The position numbers and the translations under genes were made by a program. DNA of 54,601 nt from Anaerolineae bacterium (lineage in GTDB: Bacteria > Chloroflexota > Anaerolineae > Aggregatilineales > Phototrophicaceae). This document shows, one piece after another, positions 24,801 to 34,536 of this stretch; positions within the stretch are counted from its first letter, which is position 1, and every line of letters starts with the position of its first letter. Under the pieces are notes generated by a model that did no database searches, was not told the origin of the DNA, and saw nothing but the letters and a program-made list of their open reading frames with translations. The DNA is taken from contig JAFLCH010000002.1 of NCBI GenBank assembly GCA_017303775.1, positions 1-54,601 of the forward strand, written 5' to 3'.

Positions 24801-27800
24801 TTATCGGCTGCTCTCTGCCCCCAGCGCCCGCCCCGTCCACCGCTTAAACGGCATCAGAGGCATCAACCGCTCTAGCTCCGCCGCCTCGAACGGCCTCAGC
24901 GCCAGCAGCACCCCCACATAAACCCCGCACCCCACCACCAGCGCTCCCGCTGGCAAAATCGGCCACCCCACCAGCAGCGTCGCGACCATCGCCCCGCCCG
25001 CTGCCGCCGGCTTCCACAGCAGCCGCGCCCATTCAATCCGCCCCAGCGCCTGATGCAAGAAAATCCCGAACGGAATCAACAGCATCAGCTCGGAAAAGAT
25101 CGTCGTGATCGCCGCTGCCCTGTACCCGTAAGTCGGGATCAGCACCATGTTCGCGATCAGGTTAAAACTCACCGCGATGAAGAACGCCCGCGTGATCCGT
25201 CGCTGCAAATCCAGCGCGATCAACACATACTGCGTCAGGCTGTTAATCCACCCCACCGGAATACTCCAGATCATCAACTGGGTTGCAATCGCCCCATCCG
25301 GCAGGTACTGGCTTCCCCCCAACACCCCCGTCAGGAAGTACGCCATAAACGTGAACACCACCGCTACCGGAATCGCCGTCCCCACCAGCAGCTTGATCGC
25401 CAGCCCGTAATTCCGCTTCAGCGCTCCCCGGTCTTCGTGCGCCTGTCGCGACATCACCGGCAGCAGCGCCATCGTGAAGAACGCCGGAATCACGTTCAGC
25501 GCGCTCACCCACTTGTACGCCACCCCGTACTGCCCCACCATCGTATCCCCGTGGAAAAATTGGATGATCACCACATCAATCTGGAAGAAAATCGTCGCCA
25601 GAAAATGGTTCAGCATCAGCGGCCAGCCTTCGTGCACCATCCCGCCGATCAACTTGCGTTCAGGCCGGTAATCACGCTGCTCAGTCCCCGCTTCACCGCT
25701 GTCCGTCCCCCGCAAGAACCCGCGCCCCACCCAGATCATCACCCCCAGCGTGATCGTGTTGGTGATGATGCTCACCCCCGCCAGCCCGATCACCCCGTAC
25801 CCCATCACCAGCGCCGTCAGCCCCAGCACCGCCTTGCTAATCGTCGATAGCGTCGAAATCGCTGCCGGATATTCCGCCTTCTGGAATGCGTAAAACAGCG
25901 CGGACATCCCCGTGCTCAAGCTGTTCGGCAGCAGCCCGATGTACAGCAGCACAATCGCGATGATCGCCTCCCGCGTCAGCGGGTCGCTCTCCGGCAGGCT
26001 CTGCCGCCCCAGCAGGAACAACGCCAGCAGCACCACCCCCACCCCCATCAGCCCGAACCGCAGCACGCTCGTGTTGAAGAAGTAGCGCCACGCCTTCGAA
26101 GGATCGCGCGCCACCTCCCGCGTCAAAAACACGTTCAGCCCGAAGTTCGTGAAAATATCAAACCAGCCGAAGATGAACGCCGCGTAGGTATAAATCCCGC
26201 TCCCCTCTGGCCCCAGAATCCGCAGCATCACGAACGCGAACCCGAAGTCGATTCCCCGGTTGAACAGGTTCAAAATGATCGGCGCGAGGCTGTTCCGCGC
26301 CACCACCTGCGCCCCGCTTGCGTCCGTCCCGCTGCTCACATACAACCGCCACAGGTACACCCCCGCCGCGAACACCAGCAGCACCCCGCTGATGAACGAC
26401 CCGAACAACCCGATCTGGAAGCTCGACGGGTTGTAATTCATCCGCACCGTCCATTCCAGCCCTTTCAAGGCGTTGCCGCTGGAAGTCGCCCAATCGCGCA
26501 GGCTCTCCAAATCCATCGAATGGATATACCCGTCCACCGTGAAGCGCGTCATCTCGTCCAGACCATCGCCCTGCGCCGTCTCCCAATCGCTCAACGCCGC
26601 CCGCAGTTCCGTCACCCGCGCCTCATCATTCGCCGCCAGCGCCCGGTCAATCGCGCTCATGTACAGTGCGGCGGACTCAAACCCCTGCGCCAGAACCCGG
26701 TCTGTCAGCGCGTCCGTATCAAGGTACACCCCTTGGAAGTTCTCGCGCACCCGTTCCACATCCAGTTGAATCTCGTAATCTTCGCTCGCCCCCTGCCAGC
26801 GCACGAATGCCCGCCAGCCTGCCAGATAGGTCTCGCTCACCACCAGCCACTGCGGTTCATCCGCCCGCACCGCGATCACCTTCTCGCGCCCCGTATCGCT
26901 CAAGATCGTGGTCGGGTATCCCGTCGTATCAACCTCCAGCGCGCTCACCGTATACGCCCGTGCCTGCACGCCCGTGTTCCGCAGCCAGATTCGCACTGCC
27001 TCGTCCTCATACGCCAGCGACCACGCTGGAGCGCTGCGCGAATCCGCCGCGACCAGCCATTCCGGCGGCAGCGAAAACTGCTTCGACGTCACCACATAGC
27101 GCACGTTCAGGTGCCCCAGAATCGGCGAACTCAGCGCGTCTTCCACCCGGAAGTCCATCTCCATCGCGTCATACTGGTAATTCGGGTACAGCGGCGCGAC
27201 ACGGTTGTATTCCAGTTGCACCTGCGGAGCCAGCTCGCCCATAAAATCCACATACGACTTGGGGATGATGCTCTCGTACCCGCGAATATCATCCAGTTGG
27301 TAGCGCCAGCCCATATTCGCGTTCATGATCTTGCCACGTTCGCCCAGCGCCGGTTCATCAACCGTCGTGTAGCGCCATTCTCCCGGCTGTTGTTTCAGCC
27401 ACTCAATCGCCGGTGGCGTGAACTCCAACAGCGCCGGATCGCTCGCCGGATTAAATCCCCACGAGGCGATCATCAAATCAGCCGCCACCAACCCCACCGC
27501 GAAAACCGGCCACACCGCCTTCCCGCGAACCATTACCCCCCGCCGCGCCAGCAGGAACACCAACCCCACGCCCACCACCACCGCCCCCAGCACCAGCACA
27601 TTCCCGAACTGGTAGGTGAAGAACATCCTCCCATCAGCAAAAGCCCTCTCCGCCAGCGCCATTTGCTCCACAATCGTCTGGAAGATCGGCTCTACGGCCC
27701 CGAAGAACAAACACGCCCCCACCAGACCCGCGAGGATCAGCCCGCCGATCACCACACCGCCCCAACCCAAAAACCGTGTGCGTCCGGCCTGTGCGTCACG

Positions 27801-29168
27801 GCGCAGCGCCTCCATCCCGAAGCCCGCCAACACCGCCACCCCTAACGTCACCGCAAAGATCCAGCGAAACGGGGAATGAAGCTGGTTAATCCCCGGCAGC
27901 CCATAGTACAAAATCGCATAGGTCGGCAAACCGAACATGAACGTCAGCCCCGCCCCCACCAGCACCGCCATAGTCCACGAATAAGGGGGCGCTTGCTCCT
28001 GTCCGTCGCCAGCAGAGTCGCGCCGTCGCACCAGTCCGTACACCGCCAGCACCAGCGGCAGGATTCCCAAATACAGCGCCCCCTCTACATAATTCTTGAT
28101 ACCCCAATCAATCGTGTTGATCGACTCACCCGCCGCGTTCGTGAACGCCGTTACCGTCTGCCCGCTGAACACATCCCAATAGGCATGATGAGTCGGGTTA
28201 CCATAGAAATTCGGCAGCACAAACTGCACCACATCCCGCAGCGGATGCGCCCAGTTCCGCACCTGCTCCAGCGAAGCGCTGCCATCGCGGTAATTCATGC
28301 TCGCCAATTCAAACAATGGGATGAACTGAATAGCCCCCAGCCCGACCCCCAACCCCACCAGCGCCACCAGCCACAAACCGCGCCCGACCACACGCCGCCA
28401 GATCCCGCCTGTCTTGCGCCCGCTCCACCACACCCACAGCAAACGCGCCGCCGCATAATACCCCGCGATCAGCAGCACGTAGTAAGTGATCTCCACATGA
28501 CCGGCCAATAAATTACAGCCCAGCGCCCCCGCGCCCACCACAACCCACGGCAGAGTCGCCGGCCTACCTCGCAGCGCCGGACGCTGCTGCACCACAAATT
28601 CCACCGCCAGCAGCACCAGTGGCAGCCATGCCGCCGCTGCGACAATCATTGGGAACACCGCGCTCGTCACGAAGAACGCGCTCAGTTGATACACCACCCC
28701 CGCCATCACCCCGCCGGCGCGTCCGGTTCCCAACCCCCGCAGGAACAGGTACATGAAACAACCTGCCAGCCACAACTGCACCACCGTAAACCAGCCATAA
28801 GCCGCCGGTAGCGGCAGCACATAATACAGCACACTGAACGGATACAGTGTCGATTGCTGCCCCGCGGCCATGAACGGTATCCCGCTGAACTGGTGTGGAT
28901 TCCACAGCGGAATCTCGCCCTCGGCCAAACTCTCTCGAATGAAACTCTTCCACTGGAAGTTTTGCAGCACCAGATCAGAAACCAGCGCGTTATGCGGCAC
29001 TTCCGGCGCGCTAACCACCTCGCGGTAAGTCGCGTACGGTTCGTACTGGTACAGGTTCTCGCTGGGGATGAGGGTGCGTCCGCCCAACGTCTGCTGCCAG
29101 AACATGACCAGCGGCAGCCCGAAAAACAGAACGAATATCAGCAGGTCAGGTAAACGACGGCGTATCAA
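24801..29168 (-). CDS. YfhO-like GT-C glycosyltransferase fused to a Wzx/MOP oligosaccharide flippase
   Basis: N-terminal PLWNP..FSG.PF and LYP, GYESI, LVVSETYLAGW (YfhO-like); C-terminal ~500 aa with VARNS, RILGPEGSG.Y, FGL..FLTRE, IDVV, VGQY..AYK (flippase). Confidence 0.85.
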   Translation of the reverse strand: MIRRRLPDLLIFVLFFGLPLVMFWQQTLGGRTLIPSENLYQYEPYATYREVVSAPEVPHNALVSDLVLQNFQWKSFIRESLAEGEIPLWNPHQFSGIPFMAAGQQSTLYPFSVLYYVLPLPAAYGWFTVVQLWLAGCFMYLFLRGLGTGRAGGVMAGVVYQLSAFFVTSAVFPMIVAAAAWLPLVLLAVEFVVQQRPALRGRPATLPWVVVGAGALGCNLLAGHVEITYYVLLIAGYYAAARLLWVWWSGRKTGGIWRRVVGRGLWLVALVGLGVGLGAIQFIPLFELASMNYRDGSASLEQVRNWAHPLRDVVQFVLPNFYGNPTHHAYWDVFSGQTVTAFTNAAGESINTIDWGIKNYVEGALYLGILPLVLAVYGLVRRRDSAGDGQEQAPPYSWTMAVLVGAGLTFMFGLPTYAILYYGLPGINQLHSPFRWIFAVTLGVAVLAGFGMEALRRDAQAGRTRFLGWGGVVIGGLILAGLVGACLFFGAVEPIFQTIVEQMALAERAFADGRMFFTYQFGNVLVLGAVVVGVGLVFLLARRGVMVRGKAVWPVFAVGLVAADLMIASWGFNPASDPALLEFTPPAIEWLKQQPGEWRYTTVDEPALGERGKIMNANMGWRYQLDDIRGYESIIPKSYVDFMGELAPQVQLEYNRVAPLYPNYQYDAMEMDFRVEDALSSPILGHLNVRYVVTSKQFSLPPEWLVAADSRSAPAWSLAYEDEAVRIWLRNTGVQARAYTVSALEVDTTGYPTTILSDTGREKVIAVRADEPQWLVVSETYLAGWRAFVRWQGASEDYEIQLDVERVRENFQGVYLDTDALTDRVLAQGFESAALYMSAIDRALAANDEARVTELRAALSDWETAQGDGLDEMTRFTVDGYIHSMDLESLRDWATSSGNALKGLEWTVRMNYNPSSFQIGLFGSFISGVLLVFAAGVYLWRLYVSSGTDASGAQVVARNSLAPIILNLFNRGIDFGFAFVMLRILGPEGSGIYTYAAFIFGWFDIFTNFGLNVFLTREVARDPSKAWRYFFNTSVLRFGLMGVGVVLLALFLLGRQSLPESDPLTREAIIAIVLLYIGLLPNSLSTGMSALFYAFQKAEYPAAISTLSTISKAVLGLTALVMGYGVIGLAGVSIITNTITLGVMIWVGRGFLRGTDSGEAGTEQRDYRPERKLIGGMVHEGWPLMLNHFLATIFFQIDVVIIQFFHGDTMVGQYGVAYKWVSALNVIPAFFTMALLPVMSRQAHEDRGALKRNYGLAIKLLVGTAIPVAVVFTFMAYFLTGVLGGSQYLPDGAIATQLMIWSIPVGWINSLTQYVLIALDLQRRITRAFFIAVSFNLIANMVLIPTYGYRAAAITTIFSELMLLIPFGIFLHQALGRIEWARLLWKPAAAGGAMVATLLVGWPILPAGALVVGCGVYVGVLLALRPFEAAELERLMPLMPFKRWTGRALGAESSR

Positions 29169-29414
29169 CAGCTATTTCCTCTAGTTACAGACCACTTCAA
29201 CCGCAACTATACACGCAGCCCGCCATTTTTTCGACGGGTGCTTACCCGCCGCTGCTATACCGCACTAGGACACATCATCACCACAAACTGTCTACTTGTC
29301 CTATCCCAAAACCCTCCCCATCTGCCATCAGAACCCAGCCCCGGACAGCTATGATAAATACATGTTGATGCTCTGTTCAGTGAAACAGGTCAACCCAATT
29401 AAGGAGAGAGTAAA

Positions 29415-29681
29415 ATGGATCCGATCAATATCATTGTGTGGATTATCGTCGGTGCGATTGCCGGTTGGCTCGCCAGCATTGTCATGAAGACCAACCGTTC
29501 ACAGGGTCTGGTCACCGATATCATCGTGGGTATCCTCGGTGGTTTCATCGGTGGTTTTGTCCTCAGCGCCCTCAACATCGGCGGTGCCGTCACCGGCCTC
29601 AACCTCAGCAGCATCCTCGTCGCCTTCATCGGTGCCGTTATCCTGCTGTTCATCTTACGAGCGCTGCGCGGTCGCGGCTGA
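29415..29681 (+). CDS. GlsB/YeaQ/YmgE family (transglycosylase-associated) membrane protein
   Basis: WIIVGAIAGWLA, IIVGILGGFIGG, AFIGAVILL; AAGGAG RBS. Confidence 0.92.
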   Translation: MDPINIIVWIIVGAIAGWLASIVMKTNRSQGLVTDIIVGILGGFIGGFVLSALNIGGAVTGLNLSSILVAFIGAVILLFILRALRGRG

Positions 29682-29702
29682 TCCCCAAACAATTCCCCAC
29701 TC

Positions 29703-29729
29703 AAAACCGCTGACGTGTGCAGCGGTTTT
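29703..29729. terminator. Intrinsic terminator
   Basis: AAAACCGCTG-N7-CAGCGGTTTT. Confidence 0.75.
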
Positions 29730-29812
29730 AGATTCACCATCCGGCACAAACGCCCATATACGTTACAATTGCAAACAGTTTCGGATCACAACTTGAGCCA
29801 TTTTGGAGACGG

Positions 29813-30208
29813 ATGATGCTGGATCGCGCAATGATTTTCGGACTGATCGCGGGGATAGGGGCGCTGCTCTTTGTGTTGGAATTGGTGCGCCGTCGCAAGC
29901 TCAAAGAAGAATACTCGCTCCTCTGGCTCGCCACTGCCGTCGTACTCATCATCCTCAGCGTCTCGCGCCCCCTGCTCGATACGCTTGCTTCGCTGGTCGG
30001 CATCTTCTACCCGCCCAGCGCACTCTTCCTCGTCGCCATGATCTTCGTCCTCTTCATCCTGCTTCACTTTTCCACCGTCATCACCCGCCTGACGCAGGAA
30101 AACAAAGAGAACGCCCAGCAGTTGGCGCTCCTCAAGTGGCAGTTAGAGCAGATCAAAAAAGACCTAGCCGCCCGCCCGCAGAACGCCGATAAAAATCAGG
30201 ATGACTAA
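29813..30208 (+). CDS. DUF2304-family membrane protein
   Basis: LVRRRKLKEEYSLLWL, VGIFYPPSALF, C-terminal coiled segment AQQLALL. Confidence 0.85.
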   Translation: MMLDRAMIFGLIAGIGALLFVLELVRRRKLKEEYSLLWLATAVVLIILSVSRPLLDTLASLVGIFYPPSALFLVAMIFVLFILLHFSTVITRLTQENKENAQQLALLKWQLEQIKKDLAARPQNADKNQDD

Positions 30209-31051
30209 AGCCGTCGCGTACAGCGACACTACCCAGTAATGTTTGTGCAGCGGGTTGATGTCCTCGCCCAAAATTTCACCGGGATGATCCGGATGCGCCC
30301 GCAAATTCAGGATTGGGCTGATGAACCATGCCAATACCACTCCACCGATCAAGCCGCCCACATGTCCCCAGTTATCAATCGACCGGGCGCTCCCCGGCAG
30401 AGTCGAAATCAGTCCGGCAGCCAGATTCATAACCGCGAAAATGATCAAGGTGCGCCGTCTGGCCTGCCCTGCGCTGCCCATCAACTTCCGGTGATGCCAC
30501 AAATAGACGAACTCGGCCCCTAATATCGCGAAGACCGCCCCCGAAGCCCCCACCGAATATGAATTCTCACCCCCGAATAACACGCTCAAGACCGATCCCA
30601 ACAACCCGCCCAGCAAATAGATGATCAAAAACCGAGCATGTCCGAACAGCGGCTCTAACGATAATCCAACAGCGTACAGGATATACATATTGAAGAAAAT
30701 ATGGATGCTGTTCTCCAGCGCGTATTGCCCGCGAATCAAAACACCTGCGTGCAAAAACATGCTGCTCAACAAACGGTAATACTCGCCGTTTTGCAGCACC
30801 AGTTGGCTGTTGTTCGCGCCCCACTCAAAAAACTGCCCGTCCAAAGTCGGTGAAAACGCACGCAGCACGAAAATGATGACATTGATCGCGATCAAAACAT
30901 AAGTCGCCGTAGGCTTCACCGATGGAATGCGTAAATTCACCCGCTGCCGGGGTGGCTCAGGTCGCGCCGGTGTCGGCGGTTGTTCCAATGGATGCGGGGT
31001 ACGTGTGGGTGGGCTTTCCAGCGGATGTTGTTCGGACTGTGGCTCATTCAT
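30164..31051 (-). CDS. Rhomboid intramembrane serine protease
   Basis: GEYYRL..SMFLH, HIFFNM, GASGA, HVGG. Its 3' end overlaps the convergent DUF2304 gene by 45 nt. Confidence 0.92.
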   Translation of the reverse strand: MNEPQSEQHPLESPPTRTPHPLEQPPTPARPEPPRQRVNLRIPSVKPTATYVLIAINVIIFVLRAFSPTLDGQFFEWGANNSQLVLQNGEYYRLLSSMFLHAGVLIRGQYALENSIHIFFNMYILYAVGLSLEPLFGHARFLIIYLLGGLLGSVLSVLFGGENSYSVGASGAVFAILGAEFVYLWHHRKLMGSAGQARRRTLIIFAVMNLAAGLISTLPGSARSIDNWGHVGGLIGGVVLAWFISPILNLRAHPDHPGEILGEDINPLHKHYWVVSLYATALVILIFIGVLRAGG

Positions 31052-31130
31052 GAACGGAATGGCTTTCGATTATAATAAACGGATACGCTGAGGATAATCC
31101 CTCAACATGACATAAAGGCTAAAAACGATT

Positions 31131-31517
31131 ATGCCGAGTTACGATTATCGCTGCAATAACTGTGGGCGCAGTTTCGTCCTCTTCTACAAATCTTTTAAGG
31201 ACTACGATCCTGACGCCGAACACACCTGCCCCCACTGCCAGAGTGTAGATGTCGCCCGCCGCATCCGTCGCGTCGCCATCCAAAAACCGGGTCGGGACAT
31301 GAGTCAGTTATCTTCCAACGAAATGCTCAATGTCTTTAATACCGGTGATTCCAAAGAAATCGGTAAGATGTTCAAACAGGTGTCCGATACTGCCGGTGGC
31401 GATCTGGGTTCGACCTATAACGAAGCCACTTCACGCCTTCTAAAGGGCGAGAGCATGGACAGCGTCGAACGTGATCTCAGCAGTCGGGAGTCCGCCGCCA
31501 GCAGCGATACGGATTAA
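31131..31517 (+). CDS. FmdB-family zinc-ribbon protein
   Basis: MPSYDYRCNNCG...CPHCQS. Confidence 0.85.
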   Translation: MPSYDYRCNNCGRSFVLFYKSFKDYDPDAEHTCPHCQSVDVARRIRRVAIQKPGRDMSQLSSNEMLNVFNTGDSKEIGKMFKQVSDTAGGDLGSTYNEATSRLLKGESMDSVERDLSSRESAASSDTD

Positions 31518-31525
31518 CCCCCTGC

Positions 31526-31813
31526 TCAGTGATTCAACGCTTGCACAGCGCGCAGCAGGAGAAGTTGGCAGCAGCTGTCCACATGATAAGATAATTCCAT
31601 CTGCTCGGCATCGCTGGAATACATGCCGGTCACAATCACATGCGGCAGCGTTCCGTGCTCCGGGCAGCGCACATCTGCCAGCTTACGCCGTACATCCTGC
31701 TCAATTTGCTGACGGGTATGCTCAAGCATGTCCGCCAGATATTCGTCTTCTAGCTCAGTCGGATCAACCGGACGATCATCCACTTCAAACTGTACCGTAA
31801 CATCAACCATCAA
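31526..31813 (-). CDS. Hypothetical protein with CPEH and SCC motifs
   Basis: 95 aa ORF filling the gap between genes; putative metal ligands. Confidence 0.65.
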   Translation of the reverse strand: MMVDVTVQFEVDDRPVDPTELEDEYLADMLEHTRQQIEQDVRRKLADVRCPEHGTLPHVIVTGMYSSDAEQMELSYHVDSCCQLLLLRAVQALNH

Positions 31814-31915
31814 TTCAATCCTTCACACCAGACAGTTCACCATTTGACAGTACCACCCACACGCTCATTTCGCTACCGAACACCTAACCAATAGAGCATT
31901 CCCATCCTTCACCAC

Positions 31916-31947
31916 TTGACTCTCAACCTGCTTGAGGGTTGTAAGCT
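31916..31947 (+). promoter_or_regulatory. MerR-type promoter/operator
   Basis: TTGACT-20 bp-TAAGCT with the dyad CTCAA-CCTGC-TTGAG in the long spacer. Confidence 0.8.
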
Positions 31948-32015
31948 GTGCCTGATCACCGCTTGAGGTGCGTATAATCAAGGTTGGGCCAGTCAGTATT
32001 CGTCGGGAGGCATCT

Positions 32016-32144
32016 GTGTTTCGCATCGGTTTATTCGCCAAATTATGTCAGGTGTCCGTTTCCGTCCTCCGTTACTACGACGAAATCGGCCTGCTCAAAC
32101 CCTCGCAGGTGGACCCGTTCACCGGTTATCGCTACTACACCGCG
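32016..32144 (+). pseudogene. MerR-family regulator, HTH fragment only
   Basis: GGGAGG RBS and GTG; [41 protein letters not shown], after which the sequence becomes unrelated. Confidence 0.85.
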
Positions 32145-32710
32145 GCTGACGAAATGGGGCAGTTGCAGGAACGCCTCATCTCTACTCAACGCGGTTCCAT
32201 CACCTCACTCCAAGCCGTCTTCGTCCCAGCTGATGACTATTCCGACCCTGCCCCCGTCGCCGTTTTCACCCACCTCGATGGTTCCATTGCCCTCAGCCGC
32301 AGTATCTTCGAAAAAGCCCTTTTTCCGGCGGTTGATCCACTGGAAAGCAGCAGTCGTATTCTCCAGCCCGGCATCGTCGGTGATCTTCATTACCGCACCG
32401 CCGGCGAAGTACAAAAAGTCCTTCAGCGCTTCGCCGAACTTAAAGACATCATCGCCATCCTCGGCATCGAAGAACTCTCCGACGAAGATAAGCTCATCGT
32501 TACCCGCCCCCGCAAATCGAAAACTTCCTCACCCAACCCATGTTCGTTGCCGAACGCTTCACTGGGCGTCCGGGGCGCTATGTCAAAGTACAGGAAACAG
32601 TCGCTGGCTTCCGTCAAATACTCGATGGCGAAATGGATCATATTCCGGAGCAGCATTTCTACATGGCAGGTGCCATCACCGATGTGTTGCAGCGCTACCA
32701 ACAGTCATAA
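32145..32710 (+). pseudogene. atpD: F-type ATP synthase beta subunit C-terminal fragment, frameshifted
   Basis: [56 protein letters not shown]. After a 1 nt loss near 32516 it continues in another frame: [17 protein letters not shown]...PEQHFYMAG, to TAA 32708-32710. Confidence 0.9.
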
Positions 32711-32838
32711 CCCATGACTCGCTGTCCGGGAGGCGCATCAGTCTAGGGTCGCCTTCCGGACGCTTTCTAGCCAACGTCTCTCCACCGCCTTATGAACCCA
32801 CCCGCCCAATTTTGCCCACAATCGCTATAATCGGCGGC

Positions 32839-34536
32839 ATGATGAAACAACGCACCTTACCTGTACGCCGTATCGGCCTCATCCTGGCCGCCATTCTCCT
32901 CCTCAGCGTGGGTCTTTTGTTCGACTTACGTCAGCGCGGGCAGGTGTGGAACCTGTTCTGGAGCTTAACCGGTGAAGAAGATACCCTGTCGCAGCTGCGC
33001 GGCATGGTGGAGTGGGCAGGCAACATCCTCCGCCCCTCCCTCAACACCCAACCCAATGTCCCGATCAACCATGTCGATGTCCCACCCTACGGCATCAACA
33101 CCTTCTTGCAGCAGGAAGTCGAAGTCGTCAAGCGCGAACGCAGCCTCCAGATGATCGCCGATGCCGGTTTCAAAATGATTCGCCAGCAGTTCGAGTGGGC
33201 GGACATCGAAATAGGCGAACGTGGTAATTTTATCGACCAGCGCAACGACCTCAATGGTGATGGTGCCATCAACGAACAGGATGCCATTTCGGCTTGGGCT
33301 AAATACGACAACATTGTTGATCTGGCCGAACAATACGGCATCCAGATTCAGGCACGCTTAGATAACCCGCCCGCATGGTCACGTGCCAACCCCGACAGCG
33401 GTGACAAAGCCCCGCCGGATGACTTTCAAGACTTTGTGAACTTTGCCGTGGCCGTAGCCGAACGCTATCAGGGGCGCATCCGTTACTATCAAATCTGGAA
33501 CGAACCCAACGCCAACGAAGAATGGGGCAATCAGCCCGTCAGTCCCGAAGGCTACACCGACCTCCTCTGCCGCACCTATCACGCGCTCAAAACGGTTGAC
33601 CCCACACTCGTCATCATCAGCGGCCCGCTCTCGCCAACCGTCTCCCTAACCGACCGGAACCTGAACGAATTCATCTTCCTACAGCGCATGTACGACGCGG
33701 GCGCTAGAGATTGCTTTGATGTCATGTCCGCGCAGGGATATGGCTTCTACAGCGGACCAACAGACCGCCGTATGCGTCCCATGACGCTCACCTATGCCCG
33801 CCACATCTACATTCGCGACATCATGGTTTCCAACGGTGATGCCGCCAAACCCATCTGGATCAGTGAAGCTGCCTGGAATCCCCAACCGGACGATCCATCT
33901 ATCATTCAAAATGGTGCATTCGGCATCGTGACCGAAGAACAGGCCGCCCGCTACATGCCCCTCGCTTACCAGCGTGCGCAGGAAGAATGGCCTTGGTTGG
34001 GTAACATCTCCTATTGGTTCTTCAAACGCCCTGCCGATTACGAACGCGGGCAAGCCTTCTACTATTTTCGCATGGTCGAACCGGATTTCACCCCGCTGCC
34101 CATCTACGACAGCATGAAACAGTACATCACCGGCCAAACTCCAACGCTGTACGCCGGTGTGCATCAGGCCGAAAAATGGATGGTCGAATCGTCTGATGCC
34201 GTACTCGTGAACACGGATGGAGCGGAATTTGGAGCAGCGCTCGAAGCTGCTCAACTTCAATTCATAGCGCATGCAACCGAAATATTCATCCGCTATCGCA
34301 CTGCGGACGATGTTCCATGGGAGACAAAGCGATGGTGGTCGAGCGGTTCACTCACTGCTCAAACCCACACTCTAAACATCATCCCCGACAACCAAGAACG
34401 CTGGCACTTCGACTCCATCACCGTCATTGATCGCACCTTTCAGAATATTCTTCCGTTGGCATCCGGCGCTCTCATCGCCCTCAGTTTGCTCGTATACATC
34501 ATCCTCAGCGCACTGAGGGAGCGCCGCCGCTCATGA
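32839..34536 (+). CDS. Membrane-anchored clan GH-A glycoside hydrolase (GH5/GH39-like)
   Basis: YQIWNEPN acid/base and KPIWISE nucleophile motifs; N- and C-terminal TM helices. TATAAT at 32826-32831 suggests a leaderless start. Confidence 0.85.
   Translation: MMKQRTLPVRRIGLILAAILLLSVGLLFDLRQRGQVWNLFWSLTGEEDTLSQLRGMVEWAGNILRPSLNTQPNVPINHVDVPPYGINTFLQQEVEVVKRERSLQMIADAGFKMIRQQFEWADIEIGERGNFIDQRNDLNGDGAINEQDAISAWAKYDNIVDLAEQYGIQIQARLDNPPAWSRANPDSGDKAPPDDFQDFVNFAVAVAERYQGRIRYYQIWNEPNANEEWGNQPVSPEGYTDLLCRTYHALKTVDPTLVIISGPLSPTVSLTDRNLNEFIFLQRMYDAGARDCFDVMSAQGYGFYSGPTDRRMRPMTLTYARHIYIRDIMVSNGDAAKPIWISEAAWNPQPDDPSIIQNGAFGIVTEEQAARYMPLAYQRAQEEWPWLGNISYWFFKRPADYERGQAFYYFRMVEPDFTPLPIYDSMKQYITGQTPTLYAGVHQAEKWMVESSDAVLVNTDGAEFGAALEAAQLQFIAHATEIFIRYRTADDVPWETKRWWSSGSLTAQTHTLNIIPDNQERWHFDSITVIDRTFQNILPLASGALIALSLLVYIILSALRERRRS

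Noticed and set aside
32145-32710. Functional ATP synthase operon
   Set aside because: The N-terminal part including the P-loop is missing, the fragment is frameshifted, and there are no other atp genes.
31984-32838. N-terminal 285 aa of the 850 aa ORF
   Set aside because: Ser/Pro-rich shadow frame over the merR-atpD pseudogene; the hydrolase begins at about 32839.
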